This document shows positions 39,507 to 52,717 of a stretch of DNA of 64,000 nucleotides, in pieces. The translations under genes were made by a program, and so were the position numbers. The stretch is from Eledone cirrhosa (taxonomy: Eukaryota), in assembly GCA_964016885.1 (NCBI GenBank), contig OZ024764.1, forward strand, positions 9,362,001-9,426,000, written 5' to 3'. Positions within the stretch are counted from its first letter, which is position 1. Each line of letters begins with the position of its first letter. The notes below the pieces were generated by a model. It made no database searches and was not told the DNA's origin. It worked only from the letters and a program-made list of their open reading frames with translations.

Positions 39507-39896
39507 TATGTTAAATATTTTCCATCTTGACGTAATAGTCACTTATATATTATGAAATACTGTTGGCTTCTTGCTCACATTAATTTCTCTATTTTCATTT
39601 ATATATATATATATATATACATATATCATCATCATCATCATCATTTCATTTTACGTCCGCTTTTTCCCTGCTTGCAAGGGTGGGATGGGAACTGATGCTG
39701 GCTTGATTTCTACAGCTGGATGCCCTTCCTAACACCAACCTCATTTTACAGTGAGAGCTAACTTGATCATTTACAATACAAACACTAATATGTCTATATT
39801 GGTGTTTATCATATATTAATTTATATTACACACACAGAAACAAAATGGCATAGGACAGAACAAAGGAGAGGCACAGAAACAAAGAAAGGAATCCCC

Positions 39897-39941
39897 AGTC
39901 ACTGAAGAGGTCACAGAGTGTGTGACGAAAGAACTATGACT
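39897..39941 (+). ncRNA. Minimal type I hammerhead ribozyme motif (family copies at 2524-2566 and 9194-9232)
   Basis: AGUCA-CUGAAGA-G-GUCACA(GAGUG)UGUGAC-GAAAG(AA)CUA-UGACU: 5-bp stem I, 6-bp stem II, predicted cleavage after CUA (39936). Confidence 0.78.
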
Positions 39942-40219
39942 ATATATAAACAACTATCTGGTTGTGGAACCAACCAACCAACCAGAAATTTATAAATTTA
40001 TAAATATATAAATATATAATAAATTGAAGTGAAAGCAACTGGTGCGTGTGTTTCTTATTGGCAACATGACCCTCCCAAAGTATAACAATATCGGTTTCAA
40101 CACACGATTTCAGATAAAGAATCTTGCTAAACAAATTCAGAAACGAAATTTATATTAACTTGTATATATATATATATGTATGTATATACATGTATATATA
40201 TATACATGTATATACATAT

Positions 40220-40505
40220 ATATATATACACACACATATATAAACATAAATGAACTAAGTGAGAAATTAGGAATAAGAGGGATCAGATGCTGTTTACTCG
40301 AGAGAAGACTACGTTGGTATGGTCATGTGAAGTGCATGAAAGACGACAGCTGTATAAAAAAGTGCAGGGCGATAAAAATAGACAGTAGCCACGGAGTAGG
40401 CAGACCCAGAAAAACCTGGGACCACATGATAAATTCCGATCTTACACACTTACACCTCTCCAAGACAATGTCACTGGACCGAGATCTTTGGCGGTACTCA
40501 GTAAT
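40220..40505 (+). mobile_element. RTE family A 3' ORF fragment
   Basis: INELSEKLGIRGIRCCLLERRLRWYGHV is similar to the intact LINE C-terminus. Confidence 0.85.
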
Positions 40506-40549
40506 ATATATATATATGTATGTATATACATGTATATATATATACATGT

Positions 40550-40968
40550 ATCATCATCATCATCATCATCATCATTTTACGTCCGCTTTTCCCTGCTTGC
40601 AAGGGTGGGACGGGTCTTATTCAGCACAGCATCTCTCCACTCGTCACGGTCCCTCGTCATCTCCACCGTGAGCTTCAATGATCTGAGGTCTGTTCTCACC
40701 ACCTCCGCCCATGTTTTTCGTGGTCTACCTCTACCACGTCTTCCTTCAACTGGCATTTCCTGGCACTTCTTCACCCATCGATCATCCTCCATGCGCATCA
40801 CATGTCCATACCACCTCAGTCTCCTCTCCCGTACACTACATTCTATCCCTCTCAGACACAGTTTCTCTCTCAACACATTTATGCTGGGTCGTTCACGCAC
40901 ATTTACACTGCACATCCAACGGAGCATGCTTGCCTCATTTCTCTCCAGCCGTCGCATATCTTCTGCGG
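40550..40968 (-). mobile_element. 3' fragment of RTE family B, unexpanded
   Basis: ORF 40577-40999 (-) with RRLERNEASMLRWMC...RRLRWYGHVMR; (ATG)n tail. Confidence 0.9.
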
Positions 40969-41001
40969 TATGTATATACATATATATATACACACACATA
41001 T

Positions 41002-41394
41002 ATAAACATAAATGAACTAAGTGAGAAATTAGGAATAAGAGGGATCAGATGCTGTTTACTCGAGAGAAGACTACGTTGGTATGGTCACGTGAAGCGCATG
41101 AAAGACGACAGCTGTGTAAAAAAGTGCAGGGCAATCAAAATTGATGGAAGCTACGGAGTAGGTAGACCCAGAGAAACCTGGGACCACATGATAAAATCCG
41201 ACCTTACACACTTACACCTCTCCAAGACAATGTCACTGGACCGAGATCTTTGGCGCCACGCAGTAATACAGAAGACCTGCCAGATAGTCCTATACAAATG
41301 AGACATGGTCACCCGACCAATCTTGTCTCAAGTGGGACAACTCCCGTCTAAACCCATGCTAGTGTGGAAGATAGATGTTAAACGATGATGATGA

Positions 41395-41398
<4 letters not shown>
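41002..41398 (+). mobile_element. RTE family A 3' fragment with shortened 3' UTR and (GAT)n tail
   Basis: Same start point and flank as the 40220 copy; ends GTTAAACGATGATGATG. Confidence 0.85.
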
Positions 41399-41440
<42 letters not shown>

Positions 41441-43773
41441 TACAACAACACTACCAAGACCACCACTACACCACAACCACTACCACCATCACCACTATCA
41501 CTACACTATCACTACTACCACCACCACTGCACTGACACCATCACCACACTACAACCACTACCACCAAACACCACACTACACCACTACCAGCACACCACCA
41601 CCACTACTGACACCACACCACCACCACTACCACCACTGACACCAATACCAGCACCACCACCACCACCACACCATACTACCATCACACTACTACCACCACT
41701 ACTGACACCACCACCACACCATACTACCATCACACTACTACCACCACTACTGACACCACCACCACACCATACTACCACCACTACTGACACCACCACCACA
41801 CCATACTACCATCACACTACTACCACCACTACTGACACCACCACCACACCATACTACCACCACTACTACCACCACCACACCATACTACCACCACTACTAC
41901 CACCACCACCACACCATACTAACACCACTACTGACACCACCACCACACCATACTACCACCACTACTGACACCACCATCACACTACTACCACCACACCATA
42001 CTACTACCACTACTAATACCACCACCACACCATACTACCATCACACTACTACCACCACTACTGACACCACCACCATACCATACTACCACCACTACTACTG
42101 ACACCACCACCACACCATACTACCACCACTACTAACACCACCATCACACTACTACCACCACTACTGACACCACCACCACACCATACAACCACCACCACAC
42201 CATACTACCACCACTACTGACACCACCACCACACCATACCACCACCACTACTGACACCACCATCACACTACTACCACCACTACTGACACCACCACCACAC
42301 CACACTACTACCACCACTACTGACACCACCACCACACACTACTACCACCACTACTGACACCACCATCACACTACTACCACCACTACTGACACCACGACCA
42401 CACCATACTACCACCACTACTGACACCACGACCACACCATACTACCACCACTACTGACACCAATGCCATTAATATCATCTAATCAATCATAAACAAATTC
42501 CTCACCACCAGAAAACCCCGACAGTTATTAACGATCAATTAATTTAAACCCCCCTCCCCCCATCACTTACACCTCACCCTACACCACCACCACCACCACC
42601 ACTTACACCTCACCATCACTTACTCCACCACCATCATCACTGATATCATCTCACCCTACACCACCTCTACCTCATTCTACACCACCACCACCACCACCAC
42701 CACAACAACCATCATCTCATTCTACACCACCACCACCACCACCAGAAATCACCAGGAAGCCGATGATTCCTCCCGAATGAAACAGTTCTAGTCCTGTAGA
42801 AGCCATTTCTATATTAAATATTTATACTCTGCTATGTATTGAGTACCTTACTTACTGTGGTTACCCCCGATTGAACGCGGGATTAACATATATATATATA
42901 TAAATGTAAGTATGTATGTATACGTACACACATATATGCATACAGACGTACAGTAGTATGTATATATATACATACATGCACACATATATACATGCACGTA
43001 TCGGTTTACCGAACATTTAGTATGTGTAAACAAACAAACAGCCTGAATTACGCCGTACAGTGTTTAGGCAACCACGTCACCTTTTTGTTCAACACTGACA
43101 AAGGAACGATGTACTAGTTTCAAGCTTATTAGCTATCGTCAGCATCATATACCTTCCTGCCAGATGGTTGAACGTCTGAAAGTATATACTTTCCTTGTGC
43201 ATATTAACGGCTGAGCAGCCTAATTTGCATATCGAGTGAGTTTAGTCGGCCGGGCGCACCGAAAACGATAAATGGAATAGAATGAAACGAAATTTCATTT
43301 CTCACTCTTAGTACGACACTTACTTAAATGTAAGTATGTATGTATGTACACGTACATACACACATGTATACATACGTACAATAGTATGCATATATATACA
43401 TACATGTACACACATATATATGCACGTATCGGTTTACCGAACATTTATTATAATACTCGGTTTGTTTGTAAACAAACAAACAGCCCGAATTACGCCGTAC
43501 AGTGTTTAGGCAACCACGTCACCTTTTTGTTCAACACTGACACAGGAACGATGTTCGGTAAACCGATACGTGCATATATATATGTGTGCATGTATGTATA
43601 TATATACATACTACTGTACGTCTGTATACATATATGTATGTACGTATACATACATACTTACATTTAAGTAAGTGCCGTACTAAGAGTGAGAAATGAAATT
43701 TCGTTTCATTTTTTCCATTTATATATATATATATATATACATATATAAATGAAAGGTATAGAAAGTATTGTAA

Positions 43774-43827
<54 letters not shown>

Positions 43828-43829
<2 letters not shown>

Positions 43830-44121
43830 CGAAAGGTTGTGATTTCAATTCTCAGACCGGGTGATGTGTTGTTTCCTTGAGCAAGACACTTTATTTCACA
43901 TTGCTCCAGTTTACTCAGCTGTAGAAATGAGATGATAGGGACTGGGGTCCCTATCATTCCACTGCAAAGTGGTCGTGTAGGTGCCACGGCAAAAGAAGCA
44001 CCCACCACTCACTGTAAATGGGGTTGGTGTTAGGAAGGGCATCCAGCTGTAGAAATCAAGCCAGAATCAGTTCCCATCCCACCCTTGCAAGCAGGGAAAA
44101 AGCGGACGTAAAATGAAATGA
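43828..44121 (+). mobile_element. SINE family 1, 5'-truncated at a (TA)n tract
   Basis: Colinear with the other copies. Confidence 0.88.
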
Positions 44122-44757
44122 AAAAAAAAAAATACTGTAGTAAAAGTTTGGTAGAAATATCCAAGAGTAAGAGTAGTCAGTCCATAGGAAAAGTTTGGTA
44201 TAAATAATTACAACAGTGACATAAAAAGGTATTTAAATTTCATAAGACCTCAACTCATTCAGACTGTCTTAAGAAAAATAAAAATAAAAATGGCCGCTGG
44301 AGGTTGATTGTGATTTCCTTTCAGAAATATGACTTGAGAGGTTAAACAAAGGTAGGTAATTTAGAAATTTGTGAAAAAAGTTTTACTGTAGTATCTATCG
44401 ATCTATCTTGGGCGGGTAAAATTCCCGAAATCCATGGATGAGTTCTCTCCAGTGGTCTCTGTCCCTCATCATCGCTGCCATGTCCTGCATCTCCAAGAGA
44501 CCAGTGTCTGTCCTTAGGGCATCAACATATGTCAACCTCAGTCTCCTTCTAGTGTGTCCATGTAGTGTCAACTCTGGATGTCGGTGACTGTTATACACAC
44601 ATGTACATATGTGTGTATATATTTTTATATATATATATATATATATGACCAAGATACTCTCATGGAATGACCAAATGAGGTTTATTTTTCATACATATAT
44701 ATATACATTATATATATATATATATACACCCATCCACCATCTGAATGAGTTTCTTGG

Positions 44758-45184
<427 letters not shown>

Positions 45185-46058
45185 ATTATAACAGGAGGCT
45201 GGACTAGTGTAATTCCTTTAAGGGTTTATTATAATATAAACATTTCAATGACCGAGTTCAGTATGAATCCAGTGACATCATCAGGTATTCCAAAATTTAT
45301 CCAACAAAGGAATATAAGACACAATCCATATATATATATATATATATATATATATCTATACTACAATATATATATATATATATATATACTACAATATATA
45401 TATAATATATATATCATATGGTATGGAGCTGTAACTGTTGAGGGAGTTGTAAGTGTGCCATAGTGATATACAGTATTTCTAGGGCATTTTGAGAGGAGAT
45501 TGGATGGCACATATACCCGCCTCTTAATGAGAGTGCAAAACCTATCCTGGAAACGACATCCCACCTTGTCTAAAATCTATGGCAAACTCCCTCGAGCCTC
45601 TGCCCTTCTAAAATCCCTGAGAGCTCAAATTGCTGGCCACTGTCACCGTGCCAGCAATGAAATCATATCCGCTCTCTTGCTTTCAGCGTTTCAAACTCGC
45701 TCACTGTTTCAAAACATACTTACACATATATATATATATGTAGAGGTTATATTTAATTTAAACATTTTTATAACTGATATAAAGCACTCAACAGTTTAGT
45801 GGAGTAAATATACAATATATTAATAAATGGAAACTATATTTATAAAACCATATTTATTTTATTATACATATTTCAAGGGCAACCAAGGCAAATTATGGTG
45901 TGCTTTCATCAGATAAAATACAGATTTGTTTTATAAATAAATATTGACATACCCGGAAAAAAAAGACAGCCTTAATGGTTGACTATCCAGGAAGCTCCAA
46001 CCGTTAAGGTTGTCTTTTTTTCCGGGTATATCAATATTTATTTATAAAAAAAAATCTG

Positions 46059-46124
46059 TATTTTATCTGATGAAAGTGCACCATAATTTGCCTTGGTTGC
46101 CCTTGAAATATGTATAATAAAATA
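46059..46124 (+). ncRNA. Hammerhead motif with long stem II (mirror copy on - at 45855-45920; relatives at 10015-10080 +, 51922-51987 +, 49835-49900 -)
   Basis: UAUUUUAU-CUGAUGA-AAGUGCACCA...UGGUUGCCCUU-GAAAU-AUGUA-UA-AUAAAAUA. Confidence 0.65.
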
Positions 46125-46160
46125 AATATGGTTTTATAAATAGTTTCCATTTATTAATAT

Positions 46161-46191
<31 letters not shown>

Positions 46192-46282
46192 AATGGAAAA
46201 ATTTGAACAGGGACAAAACAGAGAGGCAGTACAACGAATGTTTATTAATTTCACGCTCTGGAGAGTGGGGTGTTGGTGGGGG

Positions 46283-46319
<37 letters not shown>

Positions 46320-46449
46320 AAAAAACAGGAAAAGAATTATATCACTTGTAGTTGGTAAAAATTTGATTTAATTTTATATTTTTATAATATTATAATATTA
46401 TGAGTTGGTAGATCTAGTAAGTTCTTTGTTAACTTCGGTGCGAAGAATT

Positions 46450-47612
46450 TTATATTATATTATATTATATTATATTATAATACATTATATATATTATATT
46501 ATATTATATTATATTATAATACATTATATATATTATATTATATTATATTATAATACATTATATTATATTATATTATAATACATTATATATATTATATTAT
46601 ATTATATTATAATACATTATATATATTATATTATATTATAATACATTATATATATTATATTATATTATATTATATCATATTATAATACATTATATAATAT
46701 TATATTATAATACATTATATATAATATATATATTATATTATATTATAATACATTATATATATTATATTATATTATATTATAATACATTATATATATTATA
46801 TTATATTATATTATATTATAATACATTATATATATTATATTATATTATATTATAATACATTATATTATATTATATTATAATACATTATATATATTATATT
46901 ATATTATATTATAATACATTATATATATTATATTATATTATAATACATTATATATATTATATTATATTATATTATATTATATTATATCATATTATAATAC
47001 ATTATATAATATTATATTATAATACATTATATATAATATATATATTATATTATAATACATTATATATATTATATTATATTATATTATAATACATTATTTA
47101 TATTATATTATATTATATTATAATACATTATATATATTATATTATATTATATTATAATACATTATATATATTATATTATATTATATTATAATACATTATA
47201 TATATTATATTATATTATAATACATTATATATATTATATTATATTATAATACATTATTTATATTATATTATATTATAATACATTATTTATATTATATTAT
47301 ATTATATTATATTATATTATATTATAATACATTATATATATTATATATATTATATTATATTATAATACATTATATATATTATATTATATTATATTATAAT
47401 ACATTATATATATTATATTATATTATAATACATTATATATATTATATTATATTATAATACATTATATATATTATATTATATTATATTATATTATAATACA
47501 TTATATATATTATATTATATTATATTATATTATAATACATTATATATATTATATTATATTATAATACATTATATATATTATATTATATTATATTATATTA
47601 TAATACATATTA
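46450..47612. repeat. (TTATA)n-based AT satellite with AATAC punctuation
   Basis: Directly visible. Confidence 0.95.
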
Positions 47613-47959
47613 TAGTTCAAATCCCGCCGAGGTTGACTTTGCCTTTCATCCTTACGGGGTCGATAAAATAAAGTACCAGTAATGTACTGGGTCATTGCTG
47701 GCCTTGTGCCTAAAGTAGAAACAATTATATTATAATACATATAACTACAGCAACAGTAACAGAAACAACAAACACACAAAAAAAACAAAAACAAAGGCAC
47801 TAACCGCCCCACCACCCTCATCATCCCATCCCCACCCTAACGCCTGATTAAATAACGAAGATTGCATCAGTCATTAGCAGAAGAGGAAGGAAGATGAGGT
47901 TACACTAAGATAACAACAACTGTAGAAAGAGTAATGTAGTAAACAGATTCATAAATTAT

Positions 47960-48485
47960 TGTGTGGTGTAGAGGTGAGGGTGTGGGGGGTGAGGGTGTGT
48001 GGGGGGTGAGTGGGTGAGAGGGTGTGTTTGTAGTGATGTTGGAGAGGGGGTGGAGAGGGTGAGGGAGTGGGGAGTAGGAGAGGGTGAGGGGGGGTTGGAG
48101 TGAGGTTGGAGAGGGTGAGGGAGTGGGGTGGGGCTGGAGAGGGGGACGGGGTGAGGTTGGAGAGGGTGAGGGGGCGGGGTGGGGTTGGAGAGAGTGAGAG
48201 GGTGGGGTGGGGGTAGAGAGGCGGGGTGGGGTTGGAGAGGGTGAGGGAGTGGGGTGAGGTTGGAGAGGGTGAGGGGGTGGGGTGGGGTTGGAGAGGGTGA
48301 GGGGGTGGGGGTGGAGAGGGTGAGGGAGAGATGAGGGGGTGGGTGAGGTTGGAGACGGCGAGGGATAGATGAGGGGTGGGGTGAAGTTGGAGAGGGTGAG
48401 GGAGAGATGAGGGGAGCGGGGTGAGGTTGGAGAGGGTGAAGGAGACATGAGGGGGTGGGGTGAGGTTGGAGAGGGTGAAGAATGG
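47960..48485. repeat. G-rich minisatellite (GGGGTGAGGTTGGAGAGGGTGA)
   Basis: Recurrent G3-G5 runs. Confidence 0.85.
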
Positions 48486-48744
48486 TGAGATATGAGGGAT
48501 GAGGTGGTGATAGAAAGTTATATACATATATATATATATATAGAGACAGAAAAGAAAGAGAGAGGGGTGGTTGAGAGAGAGAGAGATAGAGAGAAAGGTG
48601 GTGAGAGAGGAAAAAGAGAGGAGATAGAGAGGGGGTGGGGGAGGGTGAGAGATAGAGGAGATACGGGGTGGGTGGGTGAGAGAGGTGGGGGGGGGGGATT
48701 TAGTGAAAATTGATAGCAAGATTTGAGGACAGCTTGTGTTGATG

Positions 48745-49624
48745 TGTTGTTGTTGTTGTCTTAGTATTGATCTTGTTGTGTTGTTGTTGTTGTTGTCTTA
48801 GTATTGATCTTGTTGTGTTGTTGTTGTTGTCTTAGTATTGATCTTGTTATTGTGTTGTTGTTGTCTTAGTATTGATATTGTTATTGTGTTGTGATGTTGT
48901 TGTTGTTGTCTTAGTATTGATCTTGTTATTGTGTTGTGTTGTTGTTGTTGTTGTTGTTGTCTTAGTATTGATATTGTTATTGTGTTGTGTTGTTGTTGTC
49001 TTAGTATTGATCTTGTTATTGTGTTGTGATGTTGTTGTTGTTGTTATTGTCTTAGTATTGATCTTGTTATTGTGTTGTGTTGTTGTTGTTGTTGTCTTAG
49101 TATTGATCTTGTTATTGTGTTGTGATGTTGTTGTTGTTGTTGTTGTCTTAGTATTGATCTTGTTATTGTGTTGTGATGTTGTTGTTGTTGTCTTAGTATT
49201 GATCTTGTTATTGTGTTGTGTTGTTGTTGTTGTTGTTGTCTTAGTATTGATCTTGTTATTGTGTTGTGATGTTGTTGTTGTTGTTGTTGTCTTAGTATTG
49301 ATCTTGTTATTGTGTTGTGATGTTGTTGTTGTTGTTGTCTTAGTATTGATCTTGTTATTGTGTTGTGTTGTTGTTGTTGTTGTTGTTGTTGTCTTAGTAT
49401 TGATCTTGTTATTGTGTTGTGATGTTGTTGTTGTTGTTGTCTTAGTATTGATCTTGTTATTGTGTTGTGTTGTTGTTGTTGTTGTTGTTGTCTTAGTATT
49501 GATCTTGTTATTGTGTTGGGATGTTGTTGTTGTCTTAGTATTGATCTTGTTATTGTGTTGTGATGTTGTTGTTGTTGTTGTTGTCTTAGTATTGATCTTG
49601 TTATTGTGTTGTGATGTTGTTGTA
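48745..49624. repeat. Minisatellite with fixed core GTCTTAGTATTGATCTTGTTATTGTGTT and variable (GTT)n
   Basis: About 18 units visible. Confidence 0.93.
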
Positions 49625-50312
49625 GACTACATGTAAACATCTTTTTGTTGACAACAGACCAGTAACAGATTGATTGAGAGAGGAGTGTATATGTACATAT
49701 ATATATATATGTGTATATGTACATATATATATGTATATATATATGTATATATATATATATGTATATATACACATATATATATATATATATTAAATTCAAA
49801 TATTAATAAAATAGATGTTCTTGTGATCAATTAAATTTTATCATACATATTTCAGAGGTACTTGAATCAAGTTCAATAGTACGTCCTCATCAGATAAAAT
49901 ATGATACATGACATACCCTGACATGTTAAATGGTTAAGATTTACTACCGCATATATAAAGGAATAGAGAGAGAGAGAGAGGTATATATATATATATCTCA
50001 TCATCATCGCTTAACGTCCATCTTCCACGCTAGCATGGGCTAGACGGGAATTATCCCACTTGAGGCAAGATTGGTCGGGTGACCATGTCTCGCTTGTATA
50101 GGACTGTCTGGCAGGTTTTCTACGGCTGGATGCCCTTCCTAACACCAACCACATTTACAGTGTGGACTGGGAGGTTTTTTAACATGTCTCCTACATGACC
50201 AATTATATATATATATAGAGAGAGAGGAGAAAGTGATAGAGAGGTGTATATATATATCGAATCTAGCTGTAGGGGTCCTGAATCTTTTCATCATCATCAT
50301 TTCATATATAAT

Positions 50313-50700
50313 GGAGGCACATGGCTTAGTGGTTAGAGCATTGGCCTTGCAATCGAAAGGTTGTGAGTTCAATTCTCAGACCGAGTGATGTGTTGTTTCC
50401 TTGAGCAAGACACTTTATTTCACATTGCTCCAGTTTACTCAGCTGTAGAAATGAGATGATAGGGACTGGGGTCCCTATCATTCCACTGTGAAGTGGTCGT
50501 GGAGGTGCCACGGCAAAAAAGCACCCAGCACTCACTGTAAAGTGGCCGTGGAGGTGCCACGGCAAAAAAGCACCCAGCACTCACTGTAAATGAGGTTGGT
50601 GTTAGGTCGGGCATCCAACTGTAGAAATCAAGCCAGAATCAGTTCCCATCCCACCCTTGCAAGCAGGGAAAAAGTGGACGTAAAATGAAATGATGATGAT
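50313..50700 (+). mobile_element. SINE family 1 with an internal ~49-bp duplication
   Basis: AAGTGGYCGTGGAGGTGCCACGGCAAAAAAGCACCCAGCACTCACTGTA occurs twice in tandem. Confidence 0.9.
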
Positions 50701-50832
50701 GTGTGTGTGTGTATTGTATATATATGTATATTGTATGTAAACAGTGAGTTGACTGATCAGGTGACCATGTCTTGCTCATACAGAACTGATTTAGGGTAGG
50801 TTTCTACAGCTGGATGCCCGTCCTAACACCAA

Positions 50833-51432
50833 CCACTTTACAGTGTGGACTGGGTACTTTTTGTCATGACACTTACATGACCACTTTACAGTGTGGACTG
50901 GGTGCTTTTGTTGTGACACCTACACGACCACTTTACAGTGTGGACTGGGTACTTTTTGTCATGACACCTACATGACCACTTTACAGTGTGGACTGGGTGT
51001 TTTTGTTGTGACACCTACACGACCACTTTACAGTGTGGACTGGGTACTTTTTGTCATGACACCTACATGACCACTTTACAGTGTGGACTGGGTACTTTTT
51101 GTCTGGACACCTACATGACCACTTTACAGTGTGGACTGGGTAATTTTTGTCATGACACTTACATGACCACTTTACAGTGTGGACTGGGTACTTTTTGTCA
51201 TGACACCTACATGACCACTTTACAGTGTGGACTGGGTACTTTTTGTCGTGATACCTACACGACCACTTTACAGTGTGGACTGGGTGCTTTTGTTGTGACA
51301 CCTACATGACCACTTTACAGTGTGGACTGGGTACTTTTTGTCATGACACCTACATGACCACTTTACAGTGTGGACTGGGTACTTTTTGTCATGACACCTA
51401 CATGACCACTTTACAGTGTTGACTGGGTACTT
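50833..51432. repeat. 48-bp tandem array (~12 copies) within a minus-strand copy of the SINE/LINE 3' module
   Basis: Unit ACCACTTTACAGTGTGGACTGGGTACTTTTTGTCATGACACCTACATG, directly after GCTGGATGCCCGTCCTAACACCA. Confidence 0.92.
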
Positions 51433-52025
51433 TATGTTGGGAAAGGGGTGGTTTTATTTCATAGAACCAGTGCCAGTTTTGGCCAGTTTGGTAACAAAAT
51501 GGTAAAATTTATTGGTCAAAGAAAACAAGAACAAAAGCAATTATATTTATATTTTATTAAACTTGTACAGATCTGAAAATAATTGGAGTTTTATAATATA
51601 TGGTGAAGGGTGTTGAGGTGGTGGTGAGTTCTGAGTTGAGTACACATGATAATGGTTTCACTCAGACTGTGGCCATTCTGGGGCACTGCTTTCTGTCATT
51701 AGAGTGTGGCCATGCTGGGGCTTATCTTTCGGGGTCCCGAATCCCATATATATATGTAGAGGTTATATTTAATTTGTTGGGATTGAACAAGCTTAAAAAT
51801 TTTTTATAACTGATATAAAGCACTCAACAGCTTGGAGTAAATATACAATATATTAACAAATGGAAACTATATTTATAAAACCATATTTATTTTATTATAC
51901 ATATTTCAAGGGCCAAATCTGTATTTTATCTGATGAAAGCGCACCATAATTTGCCTTGGTGGCCCTTGAAATATGTATAATAAAATAAATATGGTTTTAT
52001 AAATATAGTTTCCATTTGTTAATAT

Positions 52026-52062
<37 letters not shown>

Positions 52063-52428
52063 ACTCTACTAAACAGCCCAGCACCACCACCAATAGCCTA
52101 CACTCCCTCCCCACAAAAAAAAAACAATTTGTTAGAAAAGCCCCCTCCCTCTTCATCTCACCCAACCCCAATGATATAACACAATCATCAATGTTCAAAC
52201 CACACTCCCTACCTCCGACCTCCCCCCCCCCCCTGTCGGGTGCATGGCAAGACAAGGTGGTGGCAGTGTGGGGGAAGGGGGTGAGGAAGGAGCGACGACA
52301 TCATCTATTTCAATTCTCCCCAACCTCCCAACCCACTGTTAATAGTCATGTTAATGTTGTTATTATAAACTTTCTGTTGAAACGACCTTCCCCACACTCC
52401 TCTCTCTCTCTCTCTCTCTCTCTTCACA

Positions 52429-52509
52429 TTATGCTGTCTTCTCTGTGGCGGTGGTCGCCGCACTGGATTGTCCATCTTCTGGTTTCATAGCAGGGAACAG
52501 AAGAACTTC
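52429..52509 (-). CDS. KARS1: Lysyl-tRNA synthetase last coding exon (EVLLFPAMKPEDGQSSAATTATEKTA*)
   Basis: Poly-T tract and TAG acceptor; conserved EVLLFPAMKP; TAA at 52431-52429. Read manually; not in the supplied ORF track in this frame. Confidence 0.95.
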   Translation of the reverse strand, partial: EVLLFPAMKPEDGQSSAATTATEKTA

Positions 52510-52576
52510 CTACAAAATGAAAAAAAAAAAAAAAAAAAGTAAGTAGTAGGTGTGTGGGGGTGGGGTTAATCATCAT

Positions 52577-52714
52577 GATGATGTGTGCGGGAGAGGAGAC
52601 TGCGGTGGTATGGACATGTGATGCACATGGAGGATGACCGCTGGGTAAAGAAGTGCCAAGAAATGCCAGTAGAAGGAAGACGCAGTAGAGGAAGACCACG
52701 AAAAACACATGCGG
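52577..52714 (+). mobile_element. Short RTE family B fragment
   Basis: GGGAGAGGAGACTGCGGTGGTATGGACATGTGATG...GACCACGAAAAAC is antiparallel to 10400-10520. Confidence 0.75.
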
Positions 52715-52717
52715 CCC

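Noticed and set aside
47960-48485. Telomere-like or functional G-quadruplex array
   Set aside because: No TTAGGG units; G4 potential is plausible but nothing in the sequence indicates function.
48745-49624. CRISPR-like look (constant core with variable-length spacers)
   Set aside because: The spacers are only (GTT)n length variants, there are no cas genes, and the context is eukaryotic.
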